NCBI GenBank assembly: GCA_000934665.2
Contig: JYFJ02001593.1
Span: forward strand, 56,418 to 76,417
Origin: Catajapyx aquilonaris
Lineage: Eukaryota
Length of the DNA: 20,000 nt
Direction: 5' to 3'
The notes beneath the pieces are model-generated. The model did not search any database. It saw only the letters and a list, made by a program, of their open reading frames with translations, and had not been told where the DNA came from. Made by a program: the position numbers and the translations under genes. Position 1 is the stretch's first letter. Each line of letters starts with the position of its first letter. This document shows positions 11,313-20,000 of the stretch, in pieces.

Positions 11313-11764
11313 CGCATGCGCCACAAGTTGTGCACAAGTAATGCAAATATGGTTTCATTACTAGAATTAAGCATTAATTTGTAAATAAACGCTTTGTAAT
11401 GTTGGTTACAATGTCAATCCGAATCCTGCTTGACATTAACATTAAAAATGTGCATCAACAGGAATGATAATGCGCATGCGTCAGATACACATCATGTGAA
11501 GTTGTGTACTTTTCCGAGTTTACACGTTCAAGCACACACTATCGCTTATTCCGATTGGCTATCGGGTTGAATCACGTCGTCTGATTGGCAACAGTCGAAT
11601 TAAATATTAATTAATTAATTAATCAGATCAACATTTTTTAAATGCAGCCTTATGTAGTCTAACTTACGGAAAACAATGTGTTATTGTTAAATGTAAGCAA
11701 ATCTTGGCTCCGGTTGGAGAATGTAGGGCGCCATTTTTGAAAATAATGTACGAATTTGTTCGAA
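11313..11764. promoter_or_regulatory. Bidirectional promoter region between GOPC and the HMG-box gene
   Basis: NRF1/Ewg-like GCGCATGCG motifs at 11313-11321 and 11471-11481. Two inverted CCAAT boxes (ATTGG at 11554 and 11584). GGCGC-N4-TTTGAA at 11727-11741 overlaps a YY1-like CGCCATTTT. TTCGAA at 11759-11764. Confidence 0.5.
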
Positions 11765-11955
11765 TCTGTGCGAAATCTCTTTTCAGGATTAGCGAAACTT
11801 GCGACGCCGAATTTCCGTCCGCAAATTCCACGTAGCTCAGGGCAACATAAACAAAATGTCGCCAATCTCCAGGCCTCGTCCACAGGCGATGAGTATTTCG
11901 TTACCTAAGCAACAATGGAACAGCTCAGAAACAGAGCAGTCAACAATCGGTCAAT

Positions 11956-13154
11956 ATGTCTGCCGAAACCTTTGCGAACAGAGCGAACGGAATGGAGGTC
12001 AACAGTGGAAAAGGAGAGATGGTTCCCATCGGACAGGCAGTGCGGGAGGGAGACGTGTTCACCGTGGAAGCCCTGCCCAGCATCGGAGCGCATCAAGTGG
12101 GCACGGAGCAGCCGCAGAGCAGCAATGCGCAGAGGGTCACGCAGCCAGGTCACCCCATGCACATACAGGTCATCTCCACCCCTGTCCATCTGGGAGAAAA
12201 CGTCGTCATCAAGGTTAGCCACTCGCACTAATTCGCTCAGGTTAACGTCGGTTACCATTATTGGTAGTAATAATTACTTCGTTCAATTGTCCATTGGTTA
12301 CCATTATTGGTAGTCACTGAAAGCTATCCGTTGTTTGTAATCCGCTGTTCCCACGGAAACGGCAGAAGGAGGAAGTGTGTTCGCAGAGGCAGGTCGTCAA
12401 TCCAGGAAGGATCATCCGGTACATGCCTTCACCCAGGGTTGTGCCGCCCACTGTCCAGTCCGCAGCAGCCGCTATCCCGTCGCCTGAGTGCCGCATCCCC
12501 AGGCCTCCGAATGCGTTCATGCTGTTCGCAAATGAGAACAGGCGAGGCGTGGCGGCCCAGTATCCGAGCGAGGGAAACCGGGACATCAGCGTCCGTCTTG
12601 GCCGCATGTGGAAGACACTGGACCAGCCGAGTAAGGACCGGTTTTATGCCCTAGCCAAGAAGGCGGACTATGACCATAAGATAAAGTACCCAGGGTACGT
12701 ATACAACCCCAAGGAGGCCCGCTTGAGGAAGGCCCTGAGGTTGAAGTCGCAAGAGAAGGCAAGGGGCGCCTCTGGAGAAGGCACCGGGGAGGTCAAGGTG
12801 CGATCTGTATTTCCAATGCTCTAGAGCCGCTAATTTCCAACGTTATTTCAGGAGGGACAGGTGGCGCTCAGCATTGTGTGTCCGGCCGGGGACAAGGAGA
12901 AGTTCGCCATAACGGGCCCGCCGTTCCAGAGCAGCGGGACGGTTCAAGAGATGCCGGCCAGTGCTGACGGGGACAGCGGAGGCCAAGAGGTCTGGATGCA
13001 AGTGAAGCATGTTATCTTCCCTGCCACTCTTTTCCGCATGCATCAGTCGGCCACCCAGCCATCTCCTGATGGAACAAATCGGGAGCAGACGATCCAGGGA
13101 TTTGAGTTCAAGCCGGTCCGTTTGGTCGACGGCAACGGACGTCCGCTTCAGTAA
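11956..13154 (+). CDS. Divergent Sox/SRY-like HMG-box transcription factor, ~330 aa, 3 exons
   Basis: Exons are 11956-12213, 12366-12797 and 12852-13154, all with phase-0 GT-AG junctions. Exon 2 has a sequence-specific HMG box: RIPRPPNAFMLFANENRRGVAAQYPSEGNRDISVRLGRMWKTLDQPSKDRFYALAKKADYDHKIKYPGYVYNPK. The exon 2 acceptor position is slightly uncertain. Confidence 0.85.
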
Positions 13155-13926
13155 AAAAACCAAGTGTTCATATTTTTGGTGAAATGTATTGGTTCTCAGA
13201 GTTTCTCTGACGAAATGTTTGCGCAGTTGCCCTCCAAAGAAACAACAGGCAACCTGAGTGTTTTGGTGACGTCCATAAATGCAAAGTTAATTGATCATGT
13301 TTTTCTACGCCAAATGCATCTGGTCTCGTAGATCCACAGATTTTATGGGAGTTAATCGTACATTTGATGTTCATATTCGTGAGTGTCATGTTCTTATCTG
13401 TAAGCGAATAAATTATTTCCTTGAAAGTTTAATCAGTTTATTAGCTTTATTCTCTCACAAGATGTTTCAATAAACAACAGAATTCACCTGTACTTTCAGT
13501 CATCACTTCTCATAAACTTTATATGATACATAAAACAGAATATATATCACGGCGTAACTGCCAGAAAAAGGTACGTAACTGATTACTTCTACTATGTATT
13601 TTTTTTTTTTGCTTTTCCCCAGCGAAATGAAACGAGGGAAATTGAAAGATAGAGCTACCACCTTTTTTTGTTTTGTTGGCACAACAATCAGGAAAAAACA
13701 CCACAGACGTTCCCTCTTCACTCGAGGAAGGCGGGAACGTTTCGAAATGTAATTTTTACGATGCTTGTAAACATGAATAAGCCAACAGATAATTATTGGC
13801 AGGATGTGTTTAAGACTTAAAGAGTGACTACAGATTGGCACGGTTGCCTCCCTCCCCAAAAAAAATATTCATTTTCAACACTTTGTTGGTTGGACATTGG
13901 ACTTTAAAACCGAAGCTAGATTAACG

Positions 13927-14054
13927 GCTGGCTGCACCAGGTCGGACGCATCTTATACGCAACCCATGTTAATCATTGTTGGCAACAACCAGCTGCAAAC
14001 AATGAGCAGCATCAATTAATCCGATCAGGTGAATCTCGTCCTGGCGCAACCAGC
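13927..14054. mobile_element. Degenerate MITE-like element (PIF/Harbinger-like termini)
   Basis: Imperfect terminal inverted repeats GCTGGCTGCACCAGG (13927-13941) and CCTGGCGCAACCAGC (14040-14054) are 13/15 complementary. The element is non-coding and 128 bp long. No clean target-site duplication is visible. Confidence 0.35.
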
Positions 14055-14714
14055 GCAAATCCACGCGACTTTAATATTCTGGAAGATGGACAATTATATA
14101 ATTCAGGTCAAACACATCACAATGAAAACACAAGCACATGGTTTGTGTGCCAACAGGATTACCCAAAAGTGCTTTCTAAAAACACTGGCACGTTACATAA
14201 ATTCCCACTGGAAAGCCCACGCACAGGATAAGTATCTGGCAAGAATAAATGCTACGAACGTAAAGAGTATTTCCAGTCAGGTAGTGTGGAAGGAATTGCG
14301 GAATGACTTGTAAAGGAAAAGGTACTTGGAACAAACAATCAACATTAATAGCCGTGCATGTTTGAGAGGTAATTAATGTTGGCATAGTCATTCGCGTCGT
14401 ACAATTTGTATAACGTGTAGAGCAAAATTGCGTGCCAATGCGTCTCCTTATGCCAGTACATGCGAATTACCTGTCAAATCACAGCTTAATTACGTATTAT
14501 ACGACAACTGAATTAAAAGGGGCGGCTACCTTGATTGGCAAGGTCTCCTACTGGTCAGCCTGTTAGCGCATGAGACGGCCTGGACGCGCTTCCAGAGGGC
14601 GGAAGCGGCTCTCCTGGCCAGGGAATGTCGGTGAAGCTGTTGGGAGGCGGAAGAGGGTTCAAGCAATGAAGGGGAGGAGCCAGATGCGGCAGCGAGGGAG
14701 GGGGCCAGCTCAGC

Positions 14715-16761
14715 CTATGTCGTCATAACCACCTTCCCGACTCGTATCTCATCCAGGCCCTTCAGAGCCTCAGTCGCCGACTCAAACGTCACAGTGTGAT
14801 GGATGTTGGGTCTGCGAATTTACAAACAGATCAAATTAAAATGTACTGGAACACGAGCGTGATAGCGCACCTGATAGTGCTGCTGGCCACTTTCTCCATG
14901 ACGTCCATTAGAATGTGTTGGTACCTTCCTTGCTGTGCGGACGAGAGCATCCAAGCCTGCTCGAAAAGGAATCCGAGGCTGGCACATTTCAGGAAGAGAA
15001 GCCTCGAGTTTGGCGGATCCAACTGCATGTTTGGCCTTGAGGTGATCCACCTGGCTCCGACTCCCAGGCAGCTGATCAGATCATGCTTTGACGGCATGTG
15101 CATCGACGCAGGGGCGTGACTGGTGGAGGACGAGTCCAGCGCGTTGTTCCCACGGCCACTGTTGCTCTTGTTCTGCTGGTTGCGTCTCATTATGCGGTCG
15201 GGAGTCGAGCTGAACGGCGACTGAGGTGGCGGAGGATTGACGCTCCCGTTCCCCTGCTGCTGCGGATCTATGATTATGTCAGTTCCAAGTCCTCCGGTTT
15301 CCAGCATCACCATGGACTTTAGGTTCGAGTTCTTCTTACGCAGATCCAGTGTGACTATTTGTGGCGCCAATGACTCCAGGTACAGTTTTTCATCCTGCGA
15401 GGCGCACGTTGTGAGTATTTTGGCTCCCCAGTGATGCGCCAGCTGGAGGGCTATGCTACCGAACGCTGAAGCCCCATCCAGAACAAGCACTGGAAATTAC
15501 ATCAGATTAATCACACCGCAACAATCACAATTTCCGGGTTACTTACCCGAGTCGCCAGAGCACATCCGGCCCAGGTAATGCAGTGCCGTGTAGGCTTTAA
15601 CGGCGTCCCCGATGCATCCCGCCGCATCTACGAAACTGACTTCCTCCGGCTTCTTGACTGCGATGACAAGCCGTTAGTAAAGCGCAGTGCAATTTAACAC
15701 TGCAGAAGATACTCACCAACATCAAATTCATGAAGAACTACGTACTCAGCGCAACCAGACTGGCAGTAATCCAACGGAATTATTCCTGAAATTGTCAATT
15801 ATTTCACTATGAATTTATCGCCGTACAACTTACGAGTCGATATTATTCGAATGACTTTACTATGAATTTATCTCAGTGCGACATTACTCAAGTGACTTTA
15901 CTACGAATTTATCGCCGTACGACTTATGAGTCTATATTTATCCGAGCGACTTTACTGATTGCATCATTTGATGCATAATGGTTAAGGCTGTGGCTTTTTA
16001 TTACCCTGCAAGTAATTTACTGTTGTATGTCGGCTGAATCAATAAATTTGGTCTAAACATATATTCCATGAAACCCATTTTGGCAGCGATCCAACCAACG
16101 GATGATTAATCACGAGAACGCATGCAATGAGAGAGGTGCTGTGAAATTTGAAAAAGTATTGATTACAAAGAGGACGGTGCAAAAACATTTGGCAAAGTTC
16201 CACAAACTCTTACCACGAGTTGAGTGCAAATCAATGAGTCGGAACTGCTAGAAGTCGCAAATTATTGTCATTACTTCAATGCGTTCAATTAGCATGTAAA
16301 GTAGCCCGTTATTAGAGGGACATGTGCAATTGCGGACTGACCTACGACGTGGTCCCCTTTGGCGAGTGTGCTGACCTCCGACCCGACCTGCTTGACCACC
16401 CCTGCCACGTCCTGCCCCACGCTGAACCTTGACCTTGAGACATGCTGGTGGGACTGCCCCTTCCTGAAGAGCTCCCTCAGGACCCTCTCGCAGGGAACGG
16501 CCAGGGCAACGGCCTTCACCTCAACCAGAACCTGGCTGGGCCCCGCACTGGGTATGGCCTCCTTCAATCAATCAATGAAAGAGTGGTAATTAGAGTGCGT
16601 ATGCCACATGGATTGTTGTATATGGTATGGATGATGCTCACGTTCGATTCCACGTAGAATCTGGGCGCATTGTTTCCCTTGGTGGCGTCCAGGAATATGG
16701 ACCTCATCGTCTTATTGCCGGACGCCGATGCCGACGACGAGGCTTGATGAGGAGGCGGCAT
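14715..16761 (-). CDS. CRYZL1: Quinone oxidoreductase-like protein 1 (zeta-crystallin-like 1, FERRY complex subunit), ~411 aa, 6 exons
   Basis: Exons are 16761-16642, 16561-16342, 15785-15717, 15657-15547, 15489-14871 and 14811-14715, with consistent phases (0,1,1,1,2). MDR-fold and CRYZL1-specific motifs include VGQDVAGVVKQVGSEV, KAYTALHYL, VLVLDGASAFGSIALQLAHHWGAK, ETGGLGTDIIID, KHDLISCLGVG, QLDPPNSRLLFLK and QQGRYQHILMDVMEK. Confidence 0.93.
15803..15957. repeat. Short degenerate tandem repeat (3 units, 41-54 bp) in CRYZL1 intron 2
   Basis: The core ACTA(T/C)GAATTTATC recurs at 15806, 15859 and 15900. Units 1 and 3 share GCCGTAC.ACTTA.GAGTC.ATATT. Confidence 0.8.
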
Positions 16762-16889
16762 AGCTGCGGTCAAACGGGGGTGACCGCTGCGTATCTGCTG
16801 CTGGCTGGACGACGACCACGACGCCGACGCCGAAGACGCCCGTTTCTGCGCCTGCGACGCCGGATCGATCGGAGAGGCCGACGACGGGG

Positions 16890-17017
16890 TGACGTCACTG
16901 CCGCCAGAATCGCTGCGGTCGACAAGCGCCAGTCCGAACGCACCGGCCGGCCGTCCGAACCCGGCCCTTGGAGGCGGGCGGCCCGTTCAAAACAAACCGG
17001 ATTGTTTCCGAGGCAAC
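16890..17017 (+). promoter_or_regulatory. CRYZL1/DNAJB13 bidirectional promoter with CRE and RFX X-box-like motifs
   Basis: The two ATGs are only 335 bp apart in GC-rich DNA. There is a perfect TGACGTCA at 16890-16897 and GTTTCCGAGGCAAC at 17004-17017, about 80 bp upstream of the DNAJB13 ATG. Confidence 0.6.
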
Positions 17018-17096
17018 TGATTTTGACGTGCAGTGTTCATCATCACCGCCTCCATTTTTATTATCCAGTTGGAAGGTTTACATCCAGCTCTTGAAG

Positions 17097-18934
17097 ATGG
17101 GGATCGACTACTACGGGGTGCTGGGACTGCAGAAGTGCGCGCTGCCCATCGACATCAAGAGGGCGTAAGTAGGCCATAGAGTACACATAATTATGGTACA
17201 ATGCAACAGAGGCATCCGGATGGAATTTTCGTGCCACTGCTACAGTCACTAGTAGTAGAATAACTATCTGATCTATTGTAGAAACCAACGGATGTGAGAG
17301 GTGGGAGGCTAACTAACTGATATGAGTCATATCAGTTAGTTAACCTCCCACCTCTCATATCGGCTGGCTAGTTAACTTCCCAAAGTTGGGAAGTTAACTA
17401 ACCAGCCGATATGAGAGGTGGGAGGTTAACTAACCAGCCGATATGAGAAGTGGGAGGTTAACTAACCAGCCGATATGAGAGTTGGGAGGTTAACTATAAC
17501 CAGCTGATATGAGAGCTGGGAGGTTAACTAACCAACTGATTTAAGGGGAGGTTAACTCACTTATATGACAGTTGGGAAGTTAACTAACCAGTCGATATGA
17601 GAGTTGGGAGGTTAACTAACCAGCTGATTTGAGAGGTGAATGGTTAACCAACCAACTGATTTCAGGAGAGGTTAACTTACTAATATCGAGTTGGAAGGTT
17701 AACTAACCAGCTGATTTGAGTGGTGTGAGGTTAACTGACTGAGAGTGGGACGAACCAATTGGATTATTGTTGTGATGCGCAGGTTCCGTCGTTTGGCACT
17801 GGAGTACCACCCGGGACGATGCCAGCAGCCAGCGTACCACTCGGATCCTCGTCCGTACCGCCGGTTTTGCCTCCTGGCCGAGGCGTACGACGTCCTGGGA
17901 GACGAGAACCGCCGTGCAGTGTACGACCAGTACGGCGAGGAAGGCCTGAAGGAAGGGGTGCCAGGTCCCAGAGGATTCATCCCTCCGTACGCATACCACG
18001 GGGATCCGCTCAAGACGTACCTGGACTTCTTCGGCACCGCCTCGCCGTACGCGGACCTCCTGGACGTGTCCGGTCTGCATCTAGACGTGTTCGGGCTTCC
18101 GGAAGGGAGGGGGTACCGCACCAAGGACCCCCCGGTGGTCAACGAGATCCACCTCACCTTGGAGGAGGTCTTCAACGGCTCCATGAAGAAGATCCTCCTG
18201 AGGAAGCGGTTCCTTAAGGAGGACGGACGAACGACGGAGACCAGAGAGAAGATACTGACCATACCGATCGCCCCGGGCACCGCAGCAGGCACCACCTACA
18301 CGTACAAGGAGGAAGGCGACCAAGGAGTCACCCGGATACCCGCAGACCTCATCTTCGTCACCAGGGACGTACCGCACGAGAGGTTCCAGCGACGTGGGGA
18401 CGACCTGGTGCGCGTGTCCAAAATCGGACTGAAGCAGGCGCTGACCGGCTGCATCGTCACAGTGCCCACCTTAGACAAGCGGATACTTAGGCTGCCCGTC
18501 GTACGGGTCGTCTCGTAAGTATAGCGCCGATTTACCATCCTTATAGTACGTATACGTAGTACTATTCTTCACGCATAGACGGCGCACCATTCCCCTGCAC
18601 ACTCCTGCCACTGTGCGGGCGATATGAGTACTATCAGGTCGGACAAACATCCAACCAGTATAATGTCTCTCTTATCTCATTCTTCAGACCAACCTACGAG
18701 AAGGTGGTCCATGGAGAGGGCCTTCCACGCTCCCGAAACCCGAAGTTGAGGGGAGATCTGATCATCACCTTCCAGACGGTGTTCCCTAGGGATCTGAAGA
18801 AGGGACAGAAGCAGATGATCAAGGACGGCCTGCAGAAGGACCTCTTCTCTCTTCTCAACCTGCCAGCAGCAGCGGCTCCCAAGGCCAGGAAGGCAGCAGC
18901 AGCCAAGTCAGCAGACTCAGACGCAGACGAATGA
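17097..18934 (+). CDS. DNAJB13: DnaJ homolog subfamily B member 13 (radial-spoke HSP40, RSPH16), ~348 aa, 3 exons
   Basis: Exons are 17097-17164, 17783-18514 and 18688-18934, with phase-2 junctions. The J domain is MGIDYYGVLGL...LALEYHPG...LAEAYDVLGD..RRAVYDQYGEEGLKEGVP. A DNAJB13-type linker (YAYHGDPLKTYLDFFGTASPY) replaces the G/F region. The DnaJ C-terminal domain includes KDPPV..EIHLTLEEVFNG, FKEEGDQ-like YKEEGDQ, IPADLIF and GEGLP. HPD is not conserved, as is typical of DNAJB13. Confidence 0.9.
17291..17745. repeat. 32-bp minisatellite array (~14 units) in DNAJB13 intron 1, with an internal inverted segment
   Basis: The unit GATATGAGAGGTGGGAGGTTAACTAACCAGCC recurs with period 32 (e.g. 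starts at 17408, 17440, 17472) and degenerates 3'. The segment 17327-17383 is in reverse orientation. Confidence 0.95.
18527..18665 (+). repeat. Dispersed repeat, copy 2, filling most of DNAJB13 intron 2
   Basis: Collinear similarity to 4684-4815, including CTGCACACTCCTGCCAC and GGTCGGACAAACATCC. Confidence 0.75.
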
Positions 18935-19468
18935 TTTATTTTAACCCAGAGTTTCATACACGATATACACACAGACACATTCTTCTTTCATTGTTGCTCC
19001 ATCAGTCAAGTGTCGACTTTTTAAATCGCTTGCTTGAAACCATCAAGAGAAGCGGCTGTGTAAATATAGGCATTTCAACGCACATTAAAAAAAAAGAAGT
19101 CCAAATTGGTTACAGTTTTTTTTCTCTCTCTCTCTCTCTATCGGTTGTGATATATTCTCCTTGGATCTTTCCCCCCACACATTTTTTTTTTTCTAGACCC
19201 TTTTGAGCTCTTTGTGAGTTACACAAAAAAATTGGGGATGGGGGAAGTTTTCCTGTGGGGGTGGCCGAGGGAAAGAGGGTAGGAATGCGGGCGCCTTTTT
19301 AGTTTGGAAGGAAGGGGGACCCCCTCGACCTTGTTGGTCTCTCTCTCTCTCTCTCTCCGGAGCAATTTTCTTGAGAAGGAAAGGAAGGAAGCTGATGGAT
19401 GCTGTGGTCCTTTGCTGAAGCTGCAGCACACACAAATATCGAGAAACAAGCAAACATCTCATCAGGAA

Positions 19469-19513
19469 ATGAGGTGCTGGAGACGTCTGGTGCAGCACTG
19501 GCACCTGCACTGG
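19469..19513 (+). CDS. Possible short first coding exon of a downstream gene (MRCWRRLVQHWHLHW)
   Basis: GC-richer segment ending in a consensus G|GTAAGT donor at 19514, followed by AT-rich intron-like DNA. The ATG at 19469 gives 15 whole codons. No homology recognised, so it could be a non-coding exon. Confidence 0.25.
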
Positions 19514-19599
19514 GTAAGTGTCCATTGAAATATTATTGCTGAATATTGTTCCATCATAAATATTAATTTTGCATTAATTAGTGGGATAATTAGTGGGAT

Positions 19600-19850
19600 G
19601 TTAACCTAACCAGCTGATATGAGAGTTGGGAGGTTAACTAACCAACTGATTTAACAGTTGGCAGGTTTACTAACCAGCTGATTTGACTGCTAGGAGGTTA
19701 ACTAACCAACTGATGTAACAGTTGGAAGGTTAACTAACCAACTGATTTAACAGTTGGAAGGTTAACTAACCAACTGATTTGATTGTTGGGAGGTTAACTA
19801 ACCAACTGATTTGACTGTTGGGAGGTTAACTAACCAACTGATTTGATAGT
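19600..19850. repeat. Second array (~8 units) of the same 32-bp minisatellite family
   Basis: The unit is approximately GTTGGGAGGTTAACTAACCAACTGATTTAACA, with period 32 (e.g. 19625, 19657). It has the same core as 17291-17745. Confidence 0.95.
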
Positions 19851-20000
19851 TGAGTAGCAATAACCGTAGTAAAGAATTACAAATTTCAGAACTGGACGTA
19901 ACATACTATCCGTTTATTTAATATAGAGCCCTGTGTTTGACTCTAAATAACTCCCAGGCAAATTATCCAAAAAAATCAAGTTTCATATCGTTCGAAAGCT

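Noticed and set aside
14029..14391. ORFs between the HMG-box gene and CRYZL1
   Set aside because: AT-rich, with no recognisable motif or splice structure. Likely 3' UTR or intergenic DNA.
17807..17815. HPG instead of HPD in the J domain as a sign of pseudogenisation
   Set aside because: Loss of HPD is characteristic of DNAJB13, and the reading frame and splice sites are intact.
17699..18538. Long antisense and alternate-frame ORFs over DNAJB13, and similar ones over the other genes
   Set aside because: These are shadow ORFs caused by GC-rich third codon positions of the real exons.
17291..19850. 32-bp repeats as a CRISPR array
   Set aside because: The units are directly adjacent with no unique spacers, they degenerate progressively, they lie in eukaryotic intron-like DNA, and there are no cas genes.

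Overview
Gene-dense animal genomic DNA with short GT-AG introns, probably an invertebrate and plausibly an arthropod. It is not prokaryotic. All gene models were assembled by hand using splice-phase consistency. (1) A spliced, divergent protein-kinase-like N-lobe sequence on the minus strand (131-1081) with a frameshift and a K-to-Q change at the beta3 lysine; it is a pseudogene or pseudokinase that runs off the window start. (2) An 8-exon, ~763-aa predicted secreted coiled-coil protein on the plus strand (3309-10155). (3) The first two coding exons of GOPC/PIST on the minus strand (10317-11076). Exon 3 was not found, so genes 1 and 2 appear to lie inside a >10 kb GOPC intron. (4) A 3-exon divergent Sox/SRY-like HMG-box gene (11956-13154), head-to-head with GOPC. 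(5) A 6-exon CRYZL1 (14715-16761, minus), head-to-head with (6) a 3-exon DNAJB13 (17097-18934, plus) that has an RFX X-box-like motif upstream. Repeats include a 32-bp minisatellite in two arrays (one with a double orientation switch forming hairpins), a dispersed ~130-bp repeat in two copies, a degenerate MITE-like element and a short intronic tandem repeat. I found no CRISPR array, RNA gene or autonomous transposon. No clearly novel multi-gene system is demonstrable from sequence alone. The best leads are the nested orphan secreted protein and the micro-exon kinase-like locus.
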